Source: a virus. Taken from it: a stretch of 64,000 nucleotides of DNA. Under the pieces are notes generated by a model. That model did not search any database. It was not told the origin of the DNA and saw nothing but the letters and a program-made list of their open reading frames with translations. The first letter of the stretch is position 1; the number at the start of each line of letters is the position of its first letter. A program made the position numbers and the translations under genes. Of the stretch, positions 1 through 11,300 are shown piece after piece. The stretch lies in IMG/VR virus record IMGVR_UViG_3300005758_000578, positions 48,049-112,048 of that record. The stretch is one strand, 5' to 3'.

Positions 1-3000
1 TTTTGTATCACCAGTTAAACGTAAATTTTTAATTGTTGCATTCTTAGTACCTGTCTTTATTTGTTGAGAATCATAAACAAGATAATCAAACAAGCTATAA
101 TCTCTATTTTCTATAAAGTTCTTTATATCTTCAAACTTATCTGGAAAACTAGTAGGACCAAAGAACATTGACTTAAGATTATATACATTATGTAATGCAT
201 CTTCAACAAGTCCTTTTTCATAGATATCCTCTGAAAAATCACCTCTATCTCTGGTAGCACGTAAGTACTCTCTCTCTAAAACAAAAGCAGTGTATTGTTT
301 TTCAGAACTGAATAAAGGTATAACATCTGTACGTTTATCAAATGGTAACTTTGCTAAACCGGTTTCTTCATACTCAGCCTTAGAATAAGTCTTATTATTA
401 TATTCTTCACGTAGTTTAGCTCTATCTAAATAGATTTTACCTTCATAGTATACAGCACTTCTTTTAAGACCCCTTACTTTTTCTACATCAATAGTATCAC
501 TTACAGCATATCCTTTATAATCTTTTACTGTGTTAATATCTACAGACCCAATACTATTTTGGATAATAAACTGCAGAAGATCATTTCTAAATAAATCCAC
601 AAATGAGTCTACATCTCCATACTCCTCACGAATAATATTGTAATTATTATTAACTATATCAGTTAAATAAGTATTTATAGCATTACTTGCTCTTAATGGG
701 AAGTAATCTTTAAATACATTTAAGATATAATCTTGTATAAAGAATGGAGCAATAGAAGATTCATTCTCTAACTTAACTGTAATTTCATTAGGTAATCTAC
801 TACCTTCTTCTAACTGTTCTAACTTACTTAAACGACTCTTTGCTTGATATAAGTTACCAGACTTTTTAGTATCAACGTTAGTAGAAGAAGATATTTCCCG
901 CATTACTTGCGCCTGATCTTCTATTTCTAAGAAATGTATAAATGCTAATTTAGCTAATGGACTTCTCTTGTATTGTTTTTGTACAATCTCTTTTATATTA
1001 TCATCAGAGATAGCATAAACATTATAAGCTTTGGTCATAATGTCTACGGCTGCAGTTAAAGATTTTTTAGAACCTAATGGATTCTTTCTAGTATTTGCAT
1101 TATATAGTTGCTTTAGTAAGAAAGGATCTTTTAATCTCTTCTTTAACTCACGTTTATCATCTTCATCAAATATACCATACTTGTCAATTACATACTGTTT
1201 GGCTTTAAACTTTAAGAAACCAGGACCTTTAGCACTATCTCCAGATGTATCTAGTGATTTAGTATACATACCATTTAATACTCGGTATGTAGATATATAT
1301 TCTTTAATTAAAGGTTGTGATAAGAAATATGCAGCTGTTTTAACATCAACACCAGCTTGTAACATGTATAACAAAGTAGGTATTAACTCATAAATAGCAT
1401 TCATATCAAATACCCATGAATCTTTTTCAATATCCACCCAACCGTTCATAAGCTGAGAGATTACATCAGAGATATAAACAGCTGAATCTTTAGAGTTAAG
1501 ATCTGATAAAGATATCTTACCGTCCTCTGTTTTATTATGTTTAAACAAAATACGATTCTTAGCAGTTCTTTGTTTTCCTTTATTATCTAAGAAATTGTAT
1601 GTCTTATCTAAATATGCACCAACACGGTTAAGAAGTACTGAGTATTTGTTTGATACAGCACCAATACCCAATGTTAATTTACCAATGTTATTAGATTCAT
1701 GCTTATACAAGTTATTTTCTGTCTCAAACATTCTTGTTGGAGAAACAGTAAAGGCAGAGTCTTGGAACTCAGCTTTAGCTCTTGGGTTATAGTCTCTATT
1801 AAACTGTGCTAATTCATCTGCAATTGGTTTAACAATATCTGTTTCGTTAGGAGTAATAAGCTGAACAAAGTTTTCCTTAATCTCCATTATACCAATCATA
1901 GACTTGATGATCTCATTCTCAATACCTCTTATCGTACTATCATCTGCAGTCATACTAGCTTCTTTGTTAAATACCTCATCTAATAACTGCTTATAAGTAC
2001 TTTCTTGTATTGTATCAGTAGTTTGACTAATGCTTATATTAGGCATTAGAATACTTAACTTATCAATATCAAAGTCACCACCAGATTTAGCAACTAGTTC
2101 AGTTGGAACAATTACAATAGATCCGGCTTCTGCAGGTAAGAATTCACCAACCTCCATGTATTCAATAGAGTTAAGACCTTGTACAGGAATACGTACACCC
2201 ACCATTCTGATAGTTTCTACATTAAGATCTCGCCATTGCTTGTCTTTCAACATCTCATTGAGTCTCTCTAATGTACCTACCTTTTTACCATCAACATGGG
2301 TTGTTAATAAAAGCTTTAAGAAATCACCTTGTAATGCAACTTTTACTTGCATTGGTGTAATCTTACCATTTACTACATCATAAAAAGCAAGACCATTAGT
2401 ACCATACTTTAATAGATCTTCTTTAGATGGATTAGTAAATTTAGGATTCTCAAATCCAGAACTAGATACTTGCACTAGCTGCTCACCTTTTACAGTAGGT
2501 CTTACAATTTTTCTTTCAATAATTGAAACCAACTGCTTCTCAATAGTATTAGAGTTAATAATACTATCAAAATCATACTTTAAACTACCATCTTCATTTA
2601 CGTCTAAAATATCCATTTGATGTTCTGGAACTTCTAAACGCACTAATTCTTTCTGAATAGCTTTAATTAAATCTTTTGGATCTCCTTTAATTAACTTACC
2701 ATCAGCACTAAATTCTAAACCTACCTCTTTAAATAACTTCTGCTTATAGAACTTTACATAATTATCAATAGCTTTCTCATATCGTTCTACAATTGATTTA
2801 TATTCTTTCTTAAGAGGTTTACCATTAGCATAAAGGTTTGTCTCAATGATAGTACGTAACTGAGAAGATAATGTAACCTTGCCTTTAAAGTATGGAGCAA
2901 TGTCTAACTGATTCTTAAAGAAGTTTAAGTTAATACCATTTATAGCATACTCACCTGTATACAAAGTACGCTTTGTAGCATCAGTATACATGTTAGGAAT

Positions 3001-6000
3001 AGTACCATCTTCTAATGTAATATTAGAGATCTTACTGCCTGACTTAAATAAAGCATATGATATACCTTGCTCAAGCAATTGTTTATGGAACTGTTCTAAG
3101 TTTGTACCTTTAATAACTGTAGGAATTAAAGGCATTAATGAAAACTTATGTAATCCAGAAGCATTTAATTTTTCTGTCTTTAAAGGACCATAGTAACTAG
3201 CTTTAAGTACCGGAAAGAATTCAGCTACTTTTTTAGGATCTACGGAATCAGGATTATTAATAACATCATTGTATAAATCTTCCTGTATATCAGACCATTT
3301 ATTTAAAGATCTTAAATAGTTCCGGTAGAAATCAAATGTAATCCAACCTTGACCGTCACCTTCTGTAATCTTCTTATAAGGTTTTAAAATCTTCTCTGCT
3401 CTTTCTTCAGATACACCAAGACTAACTAATAACTGTTTGTAATGTGAATAGTATACTGACTCTGGTTCTATATCATTAAGAACTGTAGTTTTAATAGCAC
3501 TATCAAATCTTAACTTAGGTAAACCTTCTTTCTCAGCATATGTATTATTACTTGTATTATTTAAGTAATCAATTGTATAGTTATCTAGAATAGCAAAGTC
3601 TCCGGTAGATGCAATAGATGCATTACGTTTAGGGAATTCTTCTTTTTCATGATTAAACTGAGAAGCATCTCCATAAAATAACTGTGTTTCAAAATTATTA
3701 AACCATGAGTTATAGGTGTATACTTCATTTATTAACTCTAATTGAGCTTGAGGATCATTAGCATATTTATTAGTTTTATCTAATCCTTTACCAATTCTAG
3801 TTTCTTCAGCAATTTTAGTTCTAATCTCAGGACTTAATAATACACTTCCAGTAACAGCACTAATTTGAGTCCAGATCTTATAATTAGTTCTAATCTGATT
3901 ATTAAAATACTTACCTGAATCTTTTTTAATATCCTTCTCTAATTCTTCAGAGTAAACTATATCATCTATAGATTCTGCATTATCTACTAATTCATACAGT
4001 TTAGCTTTAGTAGCAGCAGATAGTACTGAATCAAAAGCCATGATTTTAGTACCATTCTTTTTAAAGCTATCTACATTCTGTAAAGAAGGAATGTTTTTGA
4101 TATACCAAATTCTTTCTAATTCAGCAGATAAATAATTTAAAATAATAGGCATTGCAGAATCATGTCCATATCTAGCTACATCTTTAATAGGTACTATTAA
4201 ATTATCTACTCCGGCTTCACCATAGTACTTATTCATACCAACACCATAAGAAGAACTCTTACTAGCATGTCTGGGAAGTTCTGGTGTCTTACCTAAGATG
4301 ATAGCATGTACATCAAACATAAACTTATCATACTTATTAAGCTTGTTAGTCTTAATACCTTCAACAGTAATACCATTAAAGTCTCTACGAACACCACTTA
4401 AGTTCTCTAAACTAAGAATAACATCCTTTCTTCTATTACCATTAGAATCAAAAAGAGATTTCATAATATAAGAATGTTTAGAATAAGGATTAATATCCGG
4501 ATGATATGCTCGTAAATAATTAAACTGAGGATCTTCTAACATATCACTTAGTTTAGTGACCTTATTAAGACCATCAATAATCTGACTTAAAGAGTTTCTT
4601 AAAGATGTTTCATACTCCATATTACCTTCAGGATTCATAATACCAGTGCTAAAATCACTAGAACTATATTTTGCTTGAAGGGTTAAAATTTTATTTACAT
4701 ATCCTGATTGATTACCTTGCTTAGGATCTCTAAAGAACTTAATAGGATTAGTAATTATAGTTTTATTTTCTTTAGCTTTTTTTAATGCTTCTATTAAATA
4801 ATCAAAAGCAATATAAGTTTCCTTACTCTTTCTATCTAATAAAGCATTCTCTAATGCTTCTCTTAAAGTTGGGTTATCATCTAAATAAAAACCTACAGCT
4901 TTTAAAAAGTCAAATACATTAAGTTTATTAATTGATGAAAAGTCTTCAAATACCTTATCTATATTCAAGATAGGTGTTGATCCCTTCTTTCTAATTACAT
5001 ACTTAGATCGGTTAGTTAAAAATTTAGAATTAAAACTATTAACAATTTTTGTTGTATCACTAGTAGCTCTTTGAATATATGTAGAAACCTTAGTTGATGC
5101 AGATTTATCTTCCTCTTCTTCAATAGATGTAGAAAGTCTGTGTTCTATAATAGGTGTTACAGTTTTATTAAATGTTTGAGCAAATCCTAACCAACGTTTA
5201 AAATTAGCGTTATTAGTTTGAGATTGTTCAGGATCTCCTAATTTAGCAATTAACTGAGCTGCTTCTGGAAAACTTTCTTGCAATCCAACTAACTTAGTAT
5301 AGATCTCATCAAATGTATTTGAGTTAATTAAAGTTTTAGATATTGTACTCCAAGCTTTACCAAATTCAACAAGTTTATTAAAACCTAATCTATTCTTAAT
5401 AGGTTCCCCATTTGCTTTTACTTGATATAAACTCTTAACCATATAAAGAGCTTGTTTAGAAGCTAACTCTTTTAATGATTTATCATTACCTGAACGGTCA
5501 AAACTATCTACTCCTGGATCTGATTTGTCTTCTTCTGCTTCAAGAACTTTTGCTTCAAAAGCTAAGTATTTAGATTTTTGTCTATGATAAGCAATAACAC
5601 CTGACTTTTCTTTACCGGAAATAACATTATCTAAATCACCAAAGTTATTAATAGCATACTCTAGTATCCGGATATTGTTTCTATCTATAGTATTTACACC
5701 ATCAGGATCATTCTCAACCCTAGCAATTGTATCATTTAAAACATCTTGAAAATACTGCTTAGTATTTTTATATAAGAAGTCTAATGCTCTTTTATCACTA
5801 TAGATTGCTGAAATATTTAATCCAGTAGCATTAATAATTTCTGAGAAAGCACCATCAACTGATTCATTAATTAATCTGCTATCAGATAAACTGATACTGG
5901 GTTCTTCTTCATTTAATGGATCTATACCTCTGTATAAGTTACCAAACTGCATGTTCTCTACAGAGTAAGCATACTCAAATAGATTACCCAATCTTAAGTT

Positions 6001-8382
6001 ATCATATAACTCTTTTACTAATGGTACAACAGTAGGATCTACAATATCAGTTTGACCGGTGAAGAAAGCTTTTACAATACGCCATAATTTCTGGAAGATA
6101 CTTTCATTAGGCTTAACAAGAATTTTCTTACCATCAGATAATACATAACCTCTGAAGTCCTCAGCCAAGTATTCTTCTACTTGCTTATCAGTTGCATTAG
6201 CTAAATACTTAACCCCTTTTCTTACTGAATCATATAAACTTTGCTTTTGATCCTTTGTTAATAGTAACTGTGAGAATGCATGCCATGCTTCATGATATAA
6301 AGTAGTGTAATCTTTATTACCAGCTTTTGTAAATAATGTAATACCGCTAGAACTAAATAGTCCTAATGCATCTGAGTTAGTTAAAGCAATTGCTTCATTA
6401 ACCGGGATCATTGTAGAAAGCTTTACTTTCTCACCATCTACCATAACCTCTAAAGATCCATACCAGTCTTTAATCTTTTTAATCTCTTCAGGTGTAGTAT
6501 TTACAGGTTTAAATCCGGCTCTCTTCAAACTATTGTTAATCTCATTAACAAGGTCCATATCAAATGTACCTTTAAAACCAGAAGGTGTAGTATTTACATT
6601 CTGATTCTTAATAATAGTTTTAGGTTTGGCTTTTACTTTAGTTTTAGTTTTTTTACCCTCTTCTTCAACTGGTACCTCTTCTTCCTTTTTCTCAGTTGGA
6701 TACATTTCTTCTAATGCATCAATAGTAAATTCATACTGCAAACTGGGGTTAAAGGTTTTAATGGTACCATCATTACGCAACACGGTAAACACTACAGTAT
6801 TCTGTCTTACAAAATCATTATAATCAATCTTAGTCTTTGTAAATTTGCCTGACTTATAATTAGGTAAATCTATCTTACCATCAATATTATCTTTTGATAT
6901 ATTTATATAAGCGGTAGCTAACTGTTCTGCTATAAAATCTTCATCTGCTAAATCCGGATTTTCAGAATCATATATTACATCCTTATCTGAATAGATACTT
7001 AAAATTGGTTTCTTATTAGTGTCATCGTAACTAATATTAAAAGTACCGTCATTAACGTTATAGATATTCTCCAGTATACCAAATTTTACAGCATTTGATA
7101 CTTTAGGATCCGCAATAAGTTTTGCAAGATTCTTAGCTAATTCATTAGATGTCTTAGTAGGAAATACTTGTACAAGATCTCCAAACTTATCTAATTTTAA
7201 AAATGTTTTACCAGAGTTGTCAAACTCTATATTACTAATAGTATCTGAAGTAATGTTACTTACCTCAGTTAATTTAACCGGTGTATCAGATAATAAGTTA
7301 AAGCCAGATCTACCACCAACTATCTTTAATGGTAAAGCTAAACTCTTATTACCTATAAAGGTTTTAATAAATTTATCTACTAACTCTACTTCTTTAGCTC
7401 TTTGATCCTCTAATTGTTTTCTTAAAACTTCTACATCTGGAATTTCCACTCCGGCTCTAGCAGCTTTAGCAATAGTTCTTTCTACTAGTTCATCTATAGG
7501 TGCAAGACTAGTCTCACCATTCTCTACAAATATGAACTCTCTTTTACCCTTATTAGTATTAGGAGTGATGAAATCAGTTACGGGAATAATAGCACCTTCT
7601 GCTTCATCTTGACCTTCAATATTTGTAATATAACCTCTACTATTTACAAAGATTTTCTTGTATCCATCTTTAGTAAAAGTAGCAAAAGATAACTGCGTAA
7701 TTCTACTACCTCTAGATGTAATTGTATCAGTAGGAATCATATAGATACCTTTGATTTTAGTACCATTAGATGCAGTTATCTCTATTTGTTCAGCACTATC
7801 AAGATTTAGTTTACTTAGTCTATCTAGAATAGAGCGCATAAATGCATAGGTAGCAATCTTTTCAGGATCTGGATCTGCCTCACCTGTTAACTCACCTTCT
7901 TCATTTACCTCTTCTTCTTGACCAGTAGTAACTAAACCAGTAGTATGTTTTGCCTGGAATTCTATATCACTACTTAATTGTGTAGCTCTCTCTAATTGAG
8001 AACTAATAATCCCGGCTTTCTTTCTTACTTGCTCTAGTCTTTCTGGACTTAATTCTTTTACTGCAAGATATTTTTCTACAACTGTAATATCTTCAAAGCT
8101 ATCTCTAAGATCTAAAATATCATCAGTACTAATTTGATTATCTCTAAAATGCTTACGAATATTAGGATTCTTATTAACTATAGTGGCAATAATTCTTGGA
8201 ACCAATTGTATGTAAGTTAATCCTAAACTAGTATCATTACTAGCAGCAACTACTTGCTCATAAAATTGATTAATATAATCTTTTAAATTATAGGGTGTTT
8301 TGTTATCTGTAATAACAGATAAGTCTTTAAAAACTTTAGCGTAAAACTGCTGCTGTTGTAATGCGGATAGTGAACAATTCAT
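1..8382 (-). CDS. Giant virion-associated RNA polymerase (crAss-like, phi14:2 gp66-type) with N-terminal zincin domain; 3' end runs off the window (at least 2794 aa)
   Basis: Not in the ORF track (no stop inside the window). ATG at 8382 (MNCSLSALQQQQFY...). In the same frame: HEAWH at 6280-6294 followed by EEYLAEDF (zincin), and ELVAKSGGDFDIDKL (DFDIDK at 2059-2076), the crAss-type DxDxD catalytic motif, preceded by GVRIPVQGLNS. Confidence 0.92.
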   Translation of the reverse strand, partial: MNCSLSALQQQQFYAKVFKDLSVITDNKTPYNLKDYINQFYEQVVAASNDTSLGLTYIQLVPRIIATIVNKNPNIRKHFRDNQISTDDILDLRDSFEDITVVEKYLAVKELSPERLEQVRKKAGIISSQLERATQLSSDIEFQAKHTTGLVTTGQEEEVNEEGELTGEADPDPEKIATYAFMRSILDRLSKLNLDSAEQIEITASNGTKIKGIYMIPTDTITSRGSRITQLSFATFTKDGYKKIFVNSRGYITNIEGQDEAEGAIIPVTDFITPNTNKGKREFIFVENGETSLAPIDELVERTIAKAARAGVEIPDVEVLRKQLEDQRAKEVELVDKFIKTFIGNKSLALPLKIVGGRSGFNLLSDTPVKLTEVSNITSDTISNIEFDNSGKTFLKLDKFGDLVQVFPTKTSNELAKNLAKLIADPKVSNAVKFGILENIYNVNDGTFNISYDDTNKKPILSIYSDKDVIYDSENPDLADEDFIAEQLATAYINISKDNIDGKIDLPNYKSGKFTKTKIDYNDFVRQNTVVFTVLRNDGTIKTFNPSLQYEFTIDALEEMYPTEKKEEEVPVEEEGKKTKTKVKAKPKTIIKNQNVNTTPSGFKGTFDMDLVNEINNSLKRAGFKPVNTTPEEIKKIKDWYGSLEVMVDGEKVKLSTMIPVNEAIALTNSDALGLFSSSGITLFTKAGNKDYTTLYHEAWHAFSQLLLTKDQKQSLYDSVRKGVKYLANATDKQVEEYLAEDFRGYVLSDGKKILVKPNESIFQKLWRIVKAFFTGQTDIVDPTVVPLVKELYDNLRLGNLFEYAYSVENMQFGNLYRGIDPLNEEEPSISLSDSRLINESVDGAFSEIINATGLNISAIYSDKRALDFLYKNTKQYFQDVLNDTIARVENDPDGVNTIDRNNIRILEYAINNFGDLDNVISGKEKSGVIAYHRQKSKYLAFEAKVLEAEEDKSDPGVDSFDRSGNDKSLKELASKQALYMVKSLYQVKANGEPIKNRLGFNKLVEFGKAWSTISKTLINSNTFDEIYTKLVGLQESFPEAAQLIAKLGDPEQSQTNNANFKRWLGFAQTFNKTVTPIIEHRLSTSIEEEEDKSASTKVSTYIQRATSDTTKIVNSFNSKFLTNRSKYVIRKKGSTPILNIDKVFEDFSSINKLNVFDFLKAVGFYLDDNPTLREALENALLDRKSKETYIAFDYLIEALKKAKENKTIITNPIKFFRDPKQGNQSGYVNKILTLQAKYSSSDFSTGIMNPEGNMEYETSLRNSLSQIIDGLNKVTKLSDMLEDPQFNYLRAYHPDINPYSKHSYIMKSLFDSNGNRRKDVILSLENLSGVRRDFNGITVEGIKTNKLNKYDKFMFDVHAIILGKTPELPRHASKSSSYGVGMNKYYGEAGVDNLIVPIKDVARYGHDSAMPIILNYLSAELERIWYIKNIPSLQNVDSFKKNGTKIMAFDSVLSAATKAKLYELVDNAESIDDIVYSEELEKDIKKDSGKYFNNQIRTNYKIWTQISAVTGSVLLSPEIRTKIAEETRIGKGLDKTNKYANDPQAQLELINEVYTYNSWFNNFETQLFYGDASQFNHEKEEFPKRNASIASTGDFAILDNYTIDYLNNTSNNTYAEKEGLPKLRFDSAIKTTVLNDIEPESVYYSHYKQLLVSLGVSEERAEKILKPYKKITEGDGQGWITFDFYRNYLRSLNKWSDIQEDLYNDVINNPDSVDPKKVAEFFPVLKASYYGPLKTEKLNASGLHKFSLMPLIPTVIKGTNLEQFHKQLLEQGISYALFKSGSKISNITLEDGTIPNMYTDATKRTLYTGEYAINGINLNFFKNQLDIAPYFKGKVTLSSQLRTIIETNLYANGKPLKKEYKSIVERYEKAIDNYVKFYKQKLFKEVGLEFSADGKLIKGDPKDLIKAIQKELVRLEVPEHQMDILDVNEDGSLKYDFDSIINSNTIEKQLVSIIERKIVRPTVKGEQLVQVSSSGFENPKFTNPSKEDLLKYGTNGLAFYDVVNGKITPMQVKVALQGDFLKLLLTTHVDGKKVGTLERLNEMLKDKQWRDLNVETIRMVGVRIPVQGLNSIEYMEVGEFLPAEAGSIVIVPTELVAKSGGDFDIDKLSILMPNISISQTTDTIQESTYKQLLDEVFNKEASMTADDSTIRGIENEIIKSMIGIMEIKENFVQLITPNETDIVKPIADELAQFNRDYNPRAKAEFQDSAFTVSPTRMFETENNLYKHESNNIGKLTLGIGAVSNKYSVLLNRVGAYLDKTYNFLDNKGKQRTAKNRILFKHNKTEDGKISLSDLNSKDSAVYISDVISQLMNGWVDIEKDSWVFDMNAIYELIPTLLYMLQAGVDVKTAAYFLSQPLIKEYISTYRVLNGMYTKSLDTSGDSAKGPGFLKFKAKQYVIDKYGIFDEDDKRELKKRLKDPFLLKQLYNANTRKNPLGSKKSLTAAVDIMTKAYNVYAISDDNIKEIVQKQYKRSPLAKLAFIHFLEIEDQAQVMREISSSTNVDTKKSGNLYQAKSRLSKLEQLEEGSRLPNEITVKLENESSIAPFFIQDYILNVFKDYFPLRASNAINTYLTDIVNNNYNIIREEYGDVDSFVDLFRNDLLQFIIQNSIGSVDINTVKDYKGYAVSDTIDVEKVRGLKRSAVYYEGKIYLDRAKLREEYNNKTYSKAEYEETGLAKLPFDKRTDVIPLFSSEKQYTAFVLEREYLRATRDRGDFSEDIYEKGLVEDALHNVYNLKSMFFGPTSFPDKFEDIKNFIENRDYSLFDYLVYDSQQIKTGTKNATIKNLRLTGDTK

Positions 8383-8386
8383 ATTA

Positions 8387-11300
8387 TTAACAACCTATAT
8401 TATTAAAGAAATCATTATTTACATCTTTCTCAGACTTATTATTAGTCTGATCTTCAAGCTTTTTAGTAGCTTCTTCGTTATCTAAGAAGTCATCTATATT
8501 TTGTGAGTTGGTCTCAATAATCTTCTTCTCTTCTGCTGAAGGAGAAGGAACATCTTTAGTACCAACTACTACATTGGCTTCTGTATCGTATAATGATTTT
8601 ACCATTTTTGAGAAATCTTTCTTTAAAACTGTAATGCGTTTATTAGCATCTTTTGCCGGAGTCATACGCTCACCATACAAAGGTACTACAACTAATTTAG
8701 TACTTGTAACTTTCTCAACCAAACCAAACTTATTATCTCCAAATACTAATACATCTCCCTTTTTAACATTCTCATATTTTACAGACTTACTTAACTCTTG
8801 TTTACGAGACTCAATTGCTTGATTAATAGTATCAATATTAGTTGGATCTTCAGCTAGTAAATCTAAATCTAATTCTTCTAACATAGTATCTAATTCACTA
8901 AGTGACTTAGCTTTACTAATTGTATCTAGGATTGGTTGTAATGGATCAGTAACTACTTCAGTTTCTGTAACTGGCTGTTCTAAAGCAACTAGTTCTGCGT
9001 TATATTTTACATCATCACTTTTAATGCCTACATCCATTTTACCAAACTGGGTAGTATAAACACTTACTACACTACTAAATCTTGAACTGGTAGGTGCTCT
9101 TTTTACTTTTATTACTGTAATCCTTGAGTCATCATCTAATCCTTCAAATATTTCTGCATAATCCTCGTCTAATGGAAACTCTTCTTTAAATTCTTTAAGA
9201 GTCATTGATTTACCTCCCAGTGTCTCAGTAGTATCTCCAACATTTGCTTCATACTCTGTGACACTTACTAATGTACCATCTAAATCTGTAATAGAATTAG
9301 TCTGACTTACGGTTCTTGTTTGACCTTTTCTATTTCCTTTTTCTACAATTTCAGAAGATATTATTTTTGTAGTTCTTTTTTCTATATTAGCTCTAGCATC
9401 TGTAGGTTGAGTAGAAGTAGGTTTAGCAGGTTCAGCTTTAGGTGCTTCTGCTGGTTTTGCTGGAGCTTTCTTTTCATTAAATGCTTTAACGTCTGCAGCA
9501 TTCTCAGGATCTTTAAAGAACTTACTAATAATTCTTCTAACAGATGCTGTACGTAAAAATCTATCTAATGGTAATTCATCTTCTCCATCAGCTTCTCTAG
9601 CAGAATTTTGTTGAGCTAATGCGGATCTGATTAAACCTTGTAGCTTAAGTGGTAATCCATTAAACTGTTTAACTGATTGAATTAAAGGTACACCCTCTTC
9701 TTGTTGAATCTCATCGGATACTGCAGGTTGCTCTTCTACTACCTCTTCTTCTGTAACGACTTCTTCAACTGGAGCTTCCTCTGTTTTTTCTTCAGTTACA
9801 ATACCATCAAACTCGTTAATGATATTAAAGATGAGTAAAGACCTTGGATCAGTTTTATCAAACTCTCTATCTGAATTAAAATCTATAAATACTACATCTA
9901 GATCATTAATTACAGTCTTTACAAATTCGTCATAGTCTTTACTTACATCTTTAGGTAAAGAAGATAATTTTATACCAAAACCTCTATCAGCTAAAAACTG
10001 AATAAAGTCTCTAAGTTTTACAGAGTTAATGAAAGCCTTTCTAGCTTTTTGCATATAGGCTACTTGTTTTTCTTGCCTATACTTTTGCTGTTCTATAAGT
10101 CTATTTACATAATTATAGAAAGTTTGAGGATCATATAATGAGTTTAGATTTTCTGTAAATATATTTACATCATCTGCTAACGAATAGTAATCCGTTACAA
10201 TATTATAAGCTTCTTCAGATTGACCTTTAGAGATAGTTGTTCCGGCTTCCTGAGCTAGAGTATTGAAGTACTTAACAAAAGCATCTTTTAAAAATCTTTT
10301 ATTCTTTAACTCTTGAGGATCAGATACATCTCCAACTTTTTCAAGATTTGTTTTATATAATTCTAAAGCTTTCTTCTTAGCTTTTTTATAGTTAAGAATC
10401 TTTAAAGTTTCTTTGTCTGTTGAACCAGTTAATGATTTGATTTCACTATCTAATAAGTCTAACTCTTGTTCAAGATTATTAGAGTTTAATAAAGGTGTGA
10501 TATCTGAATATGTTAACTTACCAATTGTACCAATAGCAGTAAGTCTATCGGTAAGATCACCCATTCTTTTTTGGGCCTGTTCTCTACCATGTAAACTAAA
10601 TACAGCAACTTTTCTTGCCTCTTCAAATGCTTTATAGTTTATTACTTCTTTAACATATGCATCTTTAGTTTCAGGATCTGATAGATTAGTTCTTCTAAAT
10701 TTATTAGGATTAAAAGGATTTTTATAATCTGAAAATTCTTTATACTGTTCTTTAATTTGCTTAGCTCTTTCAATACTAACATCTAATATTTTTAAAGCTT
10801 GTTCATCAGTTACATCTTCAGTTAAATCAAAGGCTTGCTTTAATTCATCACCCTTCATATCCTTTAAATTCTGTAACTTTTCTATTAATAGATCAAACTT
10901 ACCAGATTCTAATGCTGTATAGATACTGTTAAATCGGGCCATATCTTTTAGATCATGGAAGGCTTTTTCATCAAAGTTCTTCCGGGCTTCTACCATATCT
11001 GTACCTAATCTAACTTGTGTTAGTAGATCTTCAATATCTAAGGTTAAAACCTTCTGACCATTCTTAATAGCATCATCTAATTCGCTAACTATATTTTTAA
11101 ATCTTTCTTGTTCTGCTTTATATAACTGATTGTACTTTTCAGGATCATTCTTTATATAGTTATAATAGATATTAGAACCTGCTCTTCTTGATACGTTAGC
11201 TAAATTACCAGCAATACCAGTAAGACCACCCATTAAGAATCCTGATGCAAACACTTCAAGACCTTGCATAGATGCTTGTTTCTTAGTATTCTCATAAGCA

